64,000 nucleotides of DNA from Eledone cirrhosa. Its lineage: Eukaryota. Position 1 is the stretch's first letter. Every line of letters starts with the position of its first letter. Below the pieces are notes generated by a model. It was not told the DNA's origin, made no database searches, and saw only the letters and a list, made by a program, of their open reading frames with translations. The stretch is from positions 57,164,001-57,228,000 of the forward strand of contig OZ024742.1 of the NCBI GenBank assembly GCA_964016885.1. Direction: 5' to 3'. The position numbers and the translations under genes were made by a program. Of this stretch, positions 40,133 through 55,410 are shown one piece after another.

Positions 40133-41013
40133 AAAGTGAAATTGAAGACGTTTAGTGGTTAGAGTTTTCAGCTTGAGATCATTAACTTAGGTGTTCGATT
40201 CCCGGCTGCAAGTTGTGTCCTTGAACTAGATACTTTATTTTACGTTCCTTTACTTCACTCAGTTGATTCAAATGGCCAACCTTGTTAGACGCTGTGTGAC
40301 GCATAATCTCTTTGATAAATGCATTATGGGTACATGTACGTTAATTTCAACAGCAGGCAATTCCGTTGATCGAATTAACTGGAACACTCATCGTTGTAAC
40401 TGACGGAGGGTTCCAACACAAATGTAATAATAAACAAACATTTATTTGGACTGAAGAAAGACGGTATAATTGATGAAATATTTAACCCAAGATATTATTG
40501 ATAAAGATTTTATGTATCACGAAATTTCACACACTGTTAGAAGCTGTAAAATACCGTATTTATGCTGGTTTCTTTATCTTCTGAAGTTAAACGATGTCTA
40601 AAATGATAACTATCAAGTATGAACTTGGATATATTTAGTGAAATATAAACCTTCTTTACAAAGTTTGATTCATTATTTTATTGACCGTAAGGGCATTGGT
40701 TTGGCAGTATCAGTAGAGCGTTGAACAACATAGTTTGAGGCATATAGTTAACTCTGAGTTCAAATCCCGCCAAGGTTAGCTTTGCCTTTCATCCTTAAGG
40801 TATCGATAAAATAGCAAAAACGCACTGGGGTCGATTTAATCGACTTTATTCTTCCTTTTGAATTGCTGTTCATATGCCAAAAGGAGAAACAATTATTTTG
40901 TTGACCCTAGGATTTGAATATAAAATAGAAAAACGTTAAGGTTGTACTGTCCTGTTCGCCATTATATTTATCGACTGTGAAATATTAGAACTAGACGTAG
41001 AATAGAGATAATT

Positions 41014-41050
<37 letters not shown>

Positions 41051-41288
41051 TAAAGTGAAATTGAAGACGTTTAATATATATATATATATATTATTTAGAA
41101 AACGTAAGAGAAACACAAACATAAGGACAATTCCCGTTCTTTGTGTGTCTGCTGTGGGTCCCTGATGTCTCAACGCATTAAAGACAGTTACATCTCACCT
41201 CAGTGCGTTGATAACTAAGAGGAACAGTTATCAGGACATATATCTATATATCTATCCATCTATCTATCTCTATATATATATATATATA

Positions 41289-41695
41289 TGGTGGACGAGA
41301 TTGAGAGGACTGAGGACAGGTGCCTTTCTCTCCGGACAACAACTCATTCGCTTCTTTAGAAGGAGAATCATAGTGGAGAGACAGGCACTGCACCCCAGTA
41401 AATTTACTGAAAGGTGGGTGAATGTGGCAAAAATGGCCCGAGTGATTGGGCCATCTCTGTATATAAACCTGTAGGTTGAAGAAGAGAGCAAAAGGAAGAA
41501 AGGAGCACTTGCACAACACTCTCCTGAAGTTGAGGGTTGTTCTATCTAAACAACCCATTTGTGGCGCCTCCACCCTATTGGGGATTTCGATTGTTATATT
41601 TGTTTGTTTCTTATTTTTACACGATTGTATGTAAAATCCCCGGCATGTGTCTCTGTTTTGTCTCCTTTTCTTGTGCGCCCTTGTGGCTAATAAAG

Positions 41696-41698
<3 letters not shown>
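41289..41698 (+). mobile_element. Tx1/L1-like LINE 3' tip in (TA)n
   Basis: WWTRLRGLRTG..FTERWVNVAKMARV. 3' end gcccttgtggctaataaagaaa. Confidence 0.85.
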
Positions 41699-41786
<88 letters not shown>

Positions 41787-41791
<5 letters not shown>

Positions 41792-42349
41792 ATACTTGGG
41801 GAGGGTCATATTTGTGTAATAATATTGCCAGAATTAATAACAGAACACACTCATTGAATGGAATAACAACAACACCCAAACAAACAACCCTGACCTAAGA
41901 GAAGTAAGTATAAATAATTAAATAAATAAATAAATACACAAGCACAATAACAACAAACACATATAAACACACACTAATAAACTAAGATAGAATACATTAA
42001 CCAATACACAGTCACCCAAACAAGAACACACATCAAACAAAACACTATACACACACGCAAACGCCTGCGCAGAGAAGACAATAAAAATAAACAAATAAGT
42101 AAATAAATAAACAGACTAAATAAAGATGGCGTAAGCATACAATGCAACGGGAGGAAACATAATAGCACCACTGACGATGTTGCAGATGTGCAACGAAAGA
42201 ACTTTGATAGACTATATATATGTATTTGTGTCTATATTGTATCTGTATTTTTGACCGTGGTCAGTCAATGGCAACATTGAGGACCGAATAAATTAAATTA
42301 ACCGATATAAAAGACACAGAAGCGAAAACCAACCAAACAGTGAGTGTGT

Positions 42350-42355
<6 letters not shown>
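41787..42355 (+). mobile_element. PLE pLTR element with inverted end (family D, relative of P1)
   Basis: Starts gttatacttggggagggtcat. HHR at 42167-42208: CTGACGA T GTTGCA gatg TGCAAC GAAA GAAC TT. Decayed copy at 52810-53112. Confidence 0.7.
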
Positions 42356-42411
<56 letters not shown>

Positions 42412-42676
42412 TAATCCATATGGTTGTGGTAAGGCTGATGACGCTGTTAGAACTCAATGTGTTCTTGGAAGGATGGACGCAACGAGGTTTGACAGTATGA
42501 CCATTAGTTTTTGTGGTAAGTGATTGCCGCTAAAGGTATCCTCGAGGAAAATCCGTGCAGGTTACAGAGTCATTTATATATATATATGTGTTTGTATATA
42601 TAACAAAAAACAGAAGTCTCCTAATCCTGACTTCTGTTTTTTTTTTATTGCTCTATGCGCACGCACATACATACAC

Positions 42677-42778
<102 letters not shown>

Positions 42779-42899
42779 AGAATATTTTCGAAACAGCGAG
42801 TTGATTTGAAATTATTAGAAATGTTAGCTATCGCCGTATTTTGACTAAAGCAATTAAAGAAATTGCTTTAGTCAAAATACGGCGATAGCTAACATTTCT

Positions 42900-43018
<119 letters not shown>

Positions 43019-46000
43019 TCAATACTCATCTTTTTCCATTTCTCCGAGGGTTCTTAACCCCACTATCAGGCTAAATAATTTCTTTAATTTCTTTAGTCAA
43101 AATACGGCGATAGCTTAAATCAAATAATTTCAAACCAACTCGCTCTTTCGAAAATATTCTTACATATATATATATATATATATATACTTATCCTTGTTAC
43201 AACTCGATCTCTACACTGAGATGTGGACACAGTGTATCAGGTGACCAAAAAGAAAGAACAAATGAAATACCGCGTGACGAAACACGCAGAAGAAAATAAT
43301 ATTATTTTGTTAGGTTTGGTATCTTTGTATGCTCTATCATGGTTGTAATTTGATTTTCATGTTAGTCTTACATGAAACATAGTTAAGAAAGTCTTCTCTA
43401 CAAAGGAAACTGTAGTGACGCCATGATTCTTCTTACTTTGTGTGTTTGAGTGAGTGTATGTGTGTGTGTCTGTGCTTGTGTGTTTGTGTGTGTGTCTAGG
43501 TGTGTGACTGTGTGTATGTGTATGCCTGCATTTGAGCATGAATGCATAAAGGTATGTATGTATGGATGTGTGAATGGATGGATGGGTAGATATTTTTCAT
43601 AGATCCGAGGGAATGCAAATTAAAGCAAGTGAATAAGATTAACATATCACAACACAACCTACCCACACGCTGTGATCAACGCAGTATGTTTCAATAGTTT
43701 TGTACTCAGCCATTTAGGCAGAAATTTGCAAATTCATTAAGACTGGGGCGGAAATTGGATTTTGTGACGTCGATATGGTTTCTTCTGTGCTTTAATGGAA
43801 TTAATGAAATAAATTGACTTCAAACGGGAGTGAAAACGAGCCTCGGTTAAGGTTCACAGACAACTTAACTCTAACACTACAGGACTTTTATTTTTGAACA
43901 AACAATTCTTTCTTTCTGAACATGCTCGGAGACGTTATGCATTAGATGGTTATAAATAAAGACAATGAGATTTTGAAGGTTTTCCAAGGACATTAACGAT
44001 GTAAATAAAATGTAGTATGTCCACATCGGAACTGAAATGACAGATTGTCTCTCCTTAAAGAAATAATGAATTCTTTTGTCTAGGATAATTTACTCAGAGA
44101 CAATCTATAGTACAAAGGGGGTTATACCCATATCGCCAGAGATTCGCATACGAAAAAACTTCTGATGCTTGAAATCTACAAAGCATGAACAAACTTTATA
44201 CGCATGTTTAAAATCTTTTATGTTTTATACCACCTATGAACATTAAAGATAGCTTTTAATGCAGAGAACAGAAGTTGGAGCCGAATTAATTTATAAAACT
44301 AAAACAGTGTTTTGTCTGCTTTCATTTTATATTAACCATGGAAAATCTGCGCTCAGCTTAATTATATAGAAACGTATATTGATCTAAGTTTCGTAGTACT
44401 AGTCTATAAAAACAAATTAACCTCAAATTATTACTGAGGATTATGCGGGCCAACGAATGTGGCTAAACACGTTGACGCGCGACCTGCTAGAATTAGCAGT
44501 CAAATTTCCCGTAATTCATACCTTACCACCTTAAATAAGCAAATAACACATTAGATTGCGTAACGTGTAGAAATTAAGGAGTAACGTGTAGAAATTAAAA
44601 GACTTTGGTGTCCTTATTGTAACTAGCGGAACACGTGTAAATTCAAAGTTTTCTCTTTTTTTCCAATTTGAAATGTGTGCATCCCAACGCAAACAACCAT
44701 AATAATAGTCAATCATTGGAAATAATAGAATCGGATAAAGTACCCCTGAATAAGGAGAAAAGAGGACAAATCACCTTTTTCCGAGTCCAGCGATACTTTA
44801 CCCGATTTTCTCAACTATTATTTATATTGATTGGCTTTTATTATGGTCATTTCGGGGGGTGGGGGGGGGGGCACATTTCAAATTTCAAATTTTCTCAATG
44901 TCTCGTAGATCAGCGGCTTTGTTCTTATTCCTATTTTGATATATACATGCAGAAGGCCTTAGCTATTTGTTTCATTGTTTTAGAAAAGTAGAAGTGACTT
45001 CGAAATTTACATTCTACACACAAGTACCGAGTGTTCATTCAGTTGATGTTTGAAAGTTTTAAATACTATGGTATTTGAAATACTAATTCTAATGTTTCAT
45101 CATTTCAAAGATTTCCATTATGCCATTGGTTTAGTTCCGTAGTTAAGGTTGTTTGTAGCGGAACACTGGATGTCTTTCATGACATGCAAGGATTTGAAGA
45201 ATCGGAAGAAATGCTCACAATATATTTTGTCGGCTCTCTACTTTCTAAGTTAAAATCTACAGAGACCAGCATTGACTTTCATCTTTACAGAGATGGATAA
45301 CAAAAACATACCAGTCAGCTATTGGGATCAATTTAATCGACTTTTCTTGGCCCCTACAAGTGCTGACTTTGCACCTAAATAAGAAACTGTTATGAAATAT
45401 TTTGTCGATCAGGAATAGACAGAGAAGAGTTTACAGTTGAGAGATTTTAACATACAGTTATCGATTTCATGGTTCGATATATATATATATGAATAAAATA
45501 TTGCATGTAGTATCTGTGTATGGTTGTGTGTGCGTGTGTATATGTATGTGAGTGTGCGTGTTAAGCATTAAAACTTTGCATGTACTGCCAAGTCTATGCA
45601 TGTGTTTGTGTGTACTATTTGTGTATGGTTGTGTGTGCGTGTTTATGTGTATGTGTGCGAGTGTTAAGCGTTAAAACTTTGCATGTATAGCCATATCTAT
45701 GTGTATATGCATGTGTTTGTGTGTACGTGTATGTGAGTGTATATGTGAGTGTGTATGTGTGTGTATGAGTGTGTGTATATATGAGTGTGTACGTGTATGT
45801 GTATGTGTGTGAGTGTACGTGTGTGTGTAAGTGTCATACTAGAGGATATTTTATGTCCACTTCTATCTGGATGTATGACATTGTGTTTACGCCATTCACA
45901 TGCATTAACAACACGCACGTCTTTCTTCAAGGTCATGTGACTCACATGACGGTAACATGTAACATTTTCCTTACACAATATTACTTGCCATTTTTTATGA

Positions 46001-46200
46001 GATTGCAACTGAATTTTATACATACATAGTGACAAACATATTTATATATACATATTTACATACATATTTATAATATATATATATGTGTGAGTGTTGTAAA
46101 TATTTTTGTCACTATGTATGTATAAAATATGCATCAAATATGTATTATATATATATATGTGTGTGTGTATACATATATATATATGTATATATTTATATAA

Positions 46201-46358
<158 letters not shown>

Positions 46359-47221
46359 TTATATAAATATATACATATATATGTGTGTGTGTGTACTGTA
46401 TATAATCTTTCGCTTCCGTTACTAATGCGAAATTCCACTGAAGATCGTTGCGTCCAAATGATTGGATAACTTCAAGAAGTCATGATACGGAAATAAGAAC
46501 AAGCATTAAACATGCACACCGACGCGTACATGTGTGTGTTGTGTGCGTGCGTGTGTGTATGTGTGTCTCTCTTTCTCTACGTGTATGTCTCTGCGTGTGT
46601 ATGAGTGCGTATGTTTGTGTGTAAGTGTCTGTATGCGGATGTTTTTATGTGACCATAGGTTTTTATCAACACATTTCTTCTTCCCCTACGCAAATATATA
46701 TATACACACACACACACACATATATATATATAAGGAATAAATATTTATAAACTATTACTGACTGACTGTAATAGTGGTTATTTTCGCCTACGATGTTCGT
46801 ACATCTTATAAATTTATTCCCTCGGCGCCTCCTAAGTTCGAAAATTCGAGCTTCACACACAATATTTGTTTACATTTTTAAAAGCTGTTTATTAAGCTTC
46901 TAAAATTAGACGGCAAGTTGTCATGGGTCGCTAGTCATGGTGAGAGAACCTAACCGGCATATGGAAAACAAAGAGTTCGGTTCTTCACAGTGGCCCCATT
47001 TTTTCCGTCTCTACGGCGCTTTACTCTATTTTTATATACTATTTTATAGCCGTTTACTGTATTTGCACTACTTGTTTTCAGCGCCCGCGCTTCCTACATC
47101 TTCTTATACATATATATATATATATAATATATATGTAAAAGGTAAATAGAAATAACAACACAAACGGTAAAGTATATGGAAGGGATATATTAGGTTAACG
47201 CTTGATATAACAGGAAGAGGG

Positions 47222-47257
47222 TCTTAACGTTTCGGACGCTAGTCCTTCATCAGAAGA
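47222..47257 (-). ncRNA. Minimal type I hammerhead
   Basis: TCTT CTGATGA A GGAC tagc GTCC GAAAC GTT AAGA. Decayed homologue at ~29811-29845 with shared flanks. Confidence 0.8.
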
Positions 47258-47510
47258 AAGAATGAGAAATAAGATAAATTGAGGGGACGGGCGGGTTGGA
47301 ATTGGAAAAAATGTCATTAGATTAAATAACAGTCAGAACCCCGACGGCTGAGCTCCGGCCGTTTCGACAGCTAGATCCGAACTGTCGAAACGGCCAGAGC
47401 TCAGCCGTCGGGGGTCTTGACTATTTTCCTATTACACACTCTCCTACCCTAAGTATTGAGTACTCTAGTGCGTTATGCTCCACCTGGTATCTTACCAAAC
47501 CCTCTTTCTT

Positions 47511-47591
<81 letters not shown>

Positions 47592-47599
47592 GAAGAAAG

Positions 47600-47630
<31 letters not shown>

Positions 47631-47650
47631 CATATGTATACATATATGTT

Positions 47651-47681
<31 letters not shown>

Positions 47682-47761
47682 ATATATACATATGTATATA
47701 TATATGTTTATATATATATATTTATATATATATAATACATATGTATATATATATGTTCATA

Positions 47762-47825
<64 letters not shown>

Positions 47826-47829
47826 GTAT

Positions 47830-47911
<82 letters not shown>

Positions 47912-47935
47912 GTATGTATATATATATATATGTAT

Positions 47936-48026
<91 letters not shown>

Positions 48027-49039
48027 CATATATATATATACATATATACAAGCCTAACATGATCACAGTATCTTCACTGGCACCACCACAATCACCATTG
48101 TCATCATCATATAAATCTGTGTTTCTTGCTTGCTTGACGTTCCGCAACAATGTCTGTTATGTGTTTATGTGCACACGTTGTTGTTGGTGGTGGTGGTGTT
48201 ATTGTTGTTGGTGGTGATGATCATGTTGTTTTTGTTGTAACTGTTGTTGTCGCTTCTGTTGCTGTTGTTGTTGTTTTTACTGTGGTAATCCTAATCTGTA
48301 GTTGGCTGAAAATACTAGTAAATTCCTTCTTATAACACTGATGCTATCATTTTACCGATCGGAGCTGAACATATGCGATCACTTCCTAAATCTTTATATC
48401 CCAGATACTCAGGTGGTGGCAATATCGAACAATTATTACTGTTGCTCGTGTTGTTGTTTTAATGCTATTGTTAATGTTGTTGTTGACGTTGTTAATGCTG
48501 TTGTTGTAAATGTTGTTGTGGTTGTTGTTAATGTTGTTGTTACTGGTTGTTGTGGTTAATGCTGTTGTTAATGTAATGTGACTTTTTGCTGTTGTAAATG
48601 TTGTGGTTGTTACTTAAGGATCTTCATATTTATAGGCAATATTTGTTTTGTGGGAATCACTTCATGTCGATTGTGTTCTGAATCCATTTTACATAAAAGG
48701 CACTCAGGCAAAAATACGAGTATATACGGATATATTTAGAGGCTTCATAGTTTGGTGTTTCTGTATGCTACGCAAAAAACATGAAAAACATTTACTTCAA
48801 CACTTGTTGATTGTAGCCAGGTTCCTTTATACCACCACCGCCGACTACACTGCCACCCGCACAACCATTGTAATACCGCCACCACCCCTAGCATTATAAC
48901 GCAAACACCAGCACTATCATTATAACACAACCACTGCCAATACCATTATTACTCCACCACCACCACTATCACTTACACCACCACCACAATCACATACACC
49001 ATCACTATCATCACCATAAGTGCTATTGATTTTCTCTAC

Positions 49040-50690
49040 CATGACGTCGAACTCGTGAAGATCCAGGAAGTGTGAGGGAAAGCAAATATGCCTAACAAAA
49101 CGGAAAAAAACATTGGCACTTCAATAGAGAAATTGTATAAGAAGTATCAAGAATTTAAAAAAGAAAAATGAAGAATAACTGACAAAGCAACTGAAAAACA
49201 TGAGATTTGTAAAGGTGATCTGGAGGAAATGTTTGACATTGCAAGCCAGGGGTTCTCGAACTAAAGGATGTCCTATCTGAAGACAAAGCTTTCCTTGAGA
49301 CACAACGAGATCGGATGTCTTCCTTCATAGCGGGTGTTGATGTAGAATATGTGAGAGCCATTTAGAAAAAGGGCATGAAGATTCACGATATAAAAGTAAG
49401 AAAGAGAAAGCAGGATGTAGAAGACTAGAAGATGTCTGAGAAAGTAGCTCTTGAAAGTTCGACATCCAGCTCAGATGATAATGAAATCTTCAAGTCAGCA
49501 CCGCCACGAAAATCACCCCAATTAAAGCCGATTCATGCCGCCACTCTTGTTGCAACGTGGGTACGGGAGAAACTATTGGTACGACAAGCAAGTATTTCTT
49601 ACATCGCAATTGCGAAGAATCTTGGTCATGACCAACCACCGTCAGAAGATGGCTCAGGAAATCGAGTTATCCGTTTTTCCTCCTGAAGACAGATCCTGAG
49701 GATAGAATAATTGGCATGTCCTTCCACACCTCTGCCCATAAAACCAAGGAGCCATTATAAAAATTGAAGCAGCTCTGAAAACTCCGCCTTGTGGTTGACT
49801 TACTGCCATCACATTCTTGAACTAGTTTTAAAGAAAGTCTTTGAGATATTTTACCTATCATCTGATCCCGATCTTCCACTGTTCAAAATGTTCCAAGAAC
49901 GTTGAGTCCTTAGATAAGTCTCATTATTAAACAATCCTGGACGATTTTTTCAAACAAAAGAGGGAGGAGATGGTTGAATATCTACTAACTGTACTTCTTT
50001 TTGGAGATCATCCCTGAGAAGGCTATGCCGAGTTCATAAAGCTCTCCCTTCTCTATCTTAGTGGTTGGCCATCTCCCCAGTTTTTTTCTCGGTCCAAGGA
50101 ACTAATCACCAGACTCATTGGATGGTTAAGTCTATATATGTGATCAACTTAAGCTTACACCACGTAAGTCGAGATATCTACAAAACGTCACTTACTTTGT
50201 GACTTTGGTGCATGTAATATTCTGGAACAAAGTAATGGTTCCCAGATGAGCTCCAAAATTGATTTAGATTTGATGAAGCTGCTACCGATGTATCCTGACC
50301 AACAGATTGGAACTGTGGCAGGGACGATTCTTTGGTGTCATCAGTGGTATTTGTCAGAAGAGTTAGTAGCATTGGCTTTCTTTGATGAAAGACTTGGATT
50401 GGGTGAGAAGAAAGAATGTTCCAAATCTAACAAAAGAAGAAAAAGGAAGGGGATGAAGAAAGTTGAAGAGAAAGGAATGGCTTTCGGCAACAAAGTGAGT
50501 GACTTCGTTACAAGTAACATTTTCCATCTGCTCGTATTGCATAAAGAATGTGAGAAAAATGATGGAAATTGGAAGTTACGACGTCATTGTTTAAATGAAA
50601 AGAATTCGATTCTCCGTAGCAGCTTCTTGGTACTATTTTCCGTCCATAGGGATATTTTGCCAGATTTTCTAAGCTATTATTTATAGCAAT
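49040..50690 (+). pseudogene. Decayed DNA transposase (hAT/hATm-like)
   Basis: IEKLYKKY, DLEEMFDIA, EDKAFLETQRDR, IIGMSF, CHHILELVL, HWMVKSIY and HQWYLSEELVALAFFD appear in the expected order across frameshifts. The superfamily call is from recall, not a search. Confidence 0.65.
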
Positions 50691-51888
50691 CGGCATCGGT
50701 TACCATCATTTTCTGCGTTTAGGATTTCTACATTTTCTAAGAATTTGAAAGAAATCTATAACGAGAATCGAAACTACACTGCGTGCACGACTCAGTTCGT
50801 TCATGATTTATATTGTGAAATACAACAATTTGAAAGCTTGACAATTTGAAGGACATGAAAGCTGTTTTCTTTGTATTGTTTGTTCACTTATAGAGTCGAT
50901 GTTTATAGCTGATGTTTATTATCGTTTGTGTGGCGATTGAGTATCAAATTGTTGAAAGAAAAACCTTCTCTTACATCAGTGGTTCTCAAACATTTCACTA
51001 CTAAGGACACCTTTTTATGTAAATAAAGTGGGCAATGAATGTCAAATTGGGAGAGCAACTGTTTTGCCACATTCAGATACATCGCTTTAAATTCTAGAAT
51101 TACATCAGACCGGTGTCGATAATATATGCTGCCAAACTTATACTTTTCCAATTCACTATATCTTTCCTTTACAAATTAGTTTCTTCATACCTATGTAAGA
51201 AACCGTTTGTTGTTAACTAAAATATGTTTGATGTTCAAGATAAAGAGAGAATAATATTTTGCGGTAGAGTTGGAACATAACTAAAGCCAATATCTACCTA
51301 CAGTAGGATACAGACCATAGTTCACTGACACCATCCGTCTGCATCTGATAAAAAATATTATCTATAAAATTTCTATATCGTTACCATTATGTATTGATTG
51401 TAGGAGACTGTGGAGACCTCTTGTCATATATAATATCTCCCACATATTTTCACAAAGTTGTTTTATTTTTACCACAAGAGATATAAGAGTTATTAACGGA
51501 GAACCTAAAAGGAACGAATTGACAGGCGCTATTGCTAGGAACGAGGTTCAATCAAATCCAAAGACAGAGTCTACGGTGGTACATCAGTATAAATAATTAT
51601 GATATTGTAGAGGTCAATTTATATTTAGTTGTCATTTCTTATCAGCCTTATCACTATCACCTTCAGCATCCTAAGTTGCTTTCATAAAAGAAAACATCAA
51701 TCACCATATAACATATATATACGTACATACAGATATACATACAGACAGACATACATACATAGTTGATGTCTAAATTCCAATGAAAGAGACTTGTGGCTAT
51801 CTTAGAAACTCTCTCTCTCTCTCTCTCTCCTCTCACACTCTCTCTCTCTCTCTCCTCTCTCTCTTCTCTCTCCTCTCTCTCTCTCTCT

Positions 51889-51919
<31 letters not shown>

Positions 51920-52020
51920 GTCTATCTCTCTATTGGTAAAATTTGTAAATAATGAAACCAGAGCATACATACATACATGCATGCATACATACATAGTTGA
52001 TGTTGGCTATGTTAGAAACA

Positions 52021-52097
<77 letters not shown>

Positions 52098-52657
52098 ACT
52101 CTCTCTCTCTCACTCTCTCTCTCTCCCTCTCTCTTTCTCTCTTGGTAACAATTTGTGAAATAATGTTTCTACTTTTTGGCACAAGGCCAGCAATTATCCA
52201 GTACATTACTGATACTTTATTTTATCAACCCCGTAAGGATGAAAGGCAAAGTTAACCTCGGTGGGATTTGAACTCAGAACGTAAAGGGAAGTAACTATGC
52301 TGGTAAGCAAGTCCGACCCTCTACCGATACTGCCAATTCACCAATGAAACCAGAACATACATACATACATACATACATACATACATACATACATACATAC
52401 ATACATACATACATACATACATACATACATGTACACATGTATGTATGCATGTATGTACGTATGTATATATGTATGCATGTATGAATTGGGGCACGGTTCT
52501 GTGGTTGCTTTAATGGGAAATATGGATGATTTACGAGGTCGAGAATTTGGTTTATATCTGACTTGGGTTCGGGGTTGTCTTTGATTTTCCAATTGGATTT
52601 CGTTTACGGCAATCGATGATTATATTTGTATCCCTCCCCACTCTCTCTCTCTCTCTG

Positions 52658-52694
<37 letters not shown>

Positions 52695-52767
52695 TTCTCT
52701 CTCTCTCTTTCTCTCTCTCTCTTTCTCTCTCTCTCTTTCTCTCTCCCTCTCTCTCTCTATATATAAT

Positions 52768-52804
<37 letters not shown>

Positions 52805-53153
52805 GTTAAATAAATAAATAAATAAATAAATAAAAATGGAATAGACATTACAATACAACGGGAGAAAACATAATAGTACCACTAATGATGTCACAGGTGT
52901 GTGATGAAAAAACTTTAATAGGCTATATATATATTTATATCTATATCTACTCTACATTTTTAACAGTTGGCCAATCAATGATAAACATTGATTGCCAGTT
53001 AAATTAACTATAGGGATATAAAATACACAGACGCGAAAACCAATCCAAACCAAACACTGAGTGCGTTTTATTATTATTTCTGGCAATATTACAACAATCT
53101 GACTCTCCCCAAACACACACACACACACACGCACACGCACACGCACACACATG

Positions 53154-53223
<70 letters not shown>

Positions 53224-53519
53224 TTTGGTGGTTCACCACTGGATAGAACTTGACATTCCGTATAGTCAACCATGATGTGATGTTAAAAAAAGCACTCGAC
53301 GTTATGCAACTCATTAATCTTCGATGTTGAATCTTCTTGGAGGTGCGAGAACGGAGTTAATTATTACTGAGTAAAATGCCTGGAGGCCGGACTGGTAAAA
53401 TTCCTTCAAAAATGTATTATAGTAAACACTATGTACATTTCAGTGACCAAGTTCCGTAGGATCCTGGTGACATCATCAGGTGTTTATTGAATAGAAGTTA
53501 TATAATAAAGGAACAATGG

Positions 53520-53556
<37 letters not shown>

Positions 53557-53713
53557 ATTGAATAGAAGTCATGTAATAAAAGAATAATGGTAAACACAAT
53601 CAAGAGGCTAAAAAACAGAGGAAAAATGTTTTTGACAGGAAGAGGGTCAGAACCAGTTGTCAGTTTGGCTGACCACCTTCAAAGATATTACATATATTAT
53701 ATATATACACTTA

Positions 53714-53791
<78 letters not shown>

Positions 53792-53796
<5 letters not shown>

Positions 53797-54690
53797 AGTA
53801 TGTATGTACACGTACATACATATATGTATACAGACGTACAGTAATGTATATATATATACATACATGCACATATATATATATATATGTACGTATGGGTTTA
53901 CCGAACATTTATTATAATGTTCAGTTTGTTTGTAAACAAACAGCCTGAATTACACCGTACAGTGTTCAGGCAACCATCGTCGCCTTTTTGTTCAACACTG
54001 ACACAGGAACGATGTACTAGTTTCAAGCTTATTAGCTATCGTCAGCATCGTATACCTTCCTGCCAGATGATTGAACGTCTGAAAGTATATACTTTCCTCA
54101 TGCATATTAACGGCTGAGCAGCTTAATTTGCATATCGAATGAGTTAGTCGGTATACATATATGTATGTACTTATACATACATACTTACATTTAAGTATCA
54201 GCCGTACTAAGAGTGAGAAATGAAATTTCGTTTCATTCTTTTCCATTTATCGTTTTCAGTTCGCTAACTCCGGCCGACTAACTCATTCGACATGCAAATT
54301 AGGCTGCTCAGCCGTTAATATGCATAAGGAAAGTATATACTTTCAGACGTTCAATCATCTGGCAGGAAGGTATACGATGCTGACGACAGCTAATAAGATT
54401 GAAACTAGTACATCGTTCCTGTGTCAGTGTTGAACATAAGGCGACGATGGTTGCCTGAACACTGTACGGCATAATTCGGGCTGTTTGTTTGTTTACAGAC
54501 AAACCGAACATTATAATAAATGTTTGGTAAACCCATGCGTACATATATATATGTGTGCATGTATGTATATATATATACATACTACTGTACGTCTGTATAC
54601 ATATATGTATGTACGTATACATACATACTTACATTTAAATATCAGCCGTACTAAGAGTGAGAAATGAAATTTCGTTTCATTCTTTTCTAT
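53792..54690. mobile_element. Family B inverted plus partial-tandem cluster
   Basis: One arm 53792-54150, then the opposite orientation 54152-54690. HHRs at 54009-54051(-) and 54374-54416(+, stem II mutated). Confidence 0.85.
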
Positions 54691-54776
54691 ATATATATAT
54701 ATATATTAAATTAAGTGCTTCCGTACAAAAGATAAAAGAAGGAAGAGTGCGCTATGTAAAGTACAGGGCTATTTAA

Positions 54777-55005
54777 TTATGTAATAAACAACGCAATACA
54801 ATTATTCCATTTACCAAAGGTTTCACGAAGACAGGCAACCTCAGTAGAGACGTCTGAAGTCGTTCATCAGAAAGGATTTTTAATATGGATATCAATATTA
54901 AATTTTCCTTTCTGATGAACGACTTCAGCCGTCTCTATTGAGGTCGCCTGTCTTCGTGAAACGTATGGTAAATGGAATAATTGTATAATGTTGTTTATTT
55001 CATAA
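54777..55005. repeat. Imperfect palindrome carrying HHR-like cores on both strands
   Basis: Arms ~54777-54885 / 54895-55005. CTGATGA ACGA...TCGT GAAAC. Related to ~30940-31030. Confidence 0.75.
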
Positions 55006-55034
55006 ATAAATAAAATAAAATAAAAAAATATATA

Positions 55035-55181
<147 letters not shown>

Positions 55182-55344
55182 CAATATAAAGAGATATGTA
55201 AAATTATTAAGATTAAACTCCAAAAACTCGTGTCTTTGCCAAAACTTTTTTTAATGTAACACTGTCTTTTTGCACGCACACAAACGCACACACGCACACA
55301 CGCGCGCGCACGCACAGACACACACACACGCGCATACACACACG

Positions 55345-55409
<65 letters not shown>

Positions 55410-55410
<1 letters not shown>

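Noticed and set aside
42410-42570. Possible PLE RT scraps (minus LPQPYGL, also ~53220-53520)
   Set aside because: Too short and degenerate to support without a search.
46434-46468. TCCA CTGAAGA TCG..CGT..TGGA
   Set aside because: GAAA is absent, so it is too weak to call.
48170-49020. Val-rich and Thr/Pro-rich ORFs
   Set aside because: Degenerate (GTT)n and (CAC)n trinucleotide repeats with no evidence of coding.
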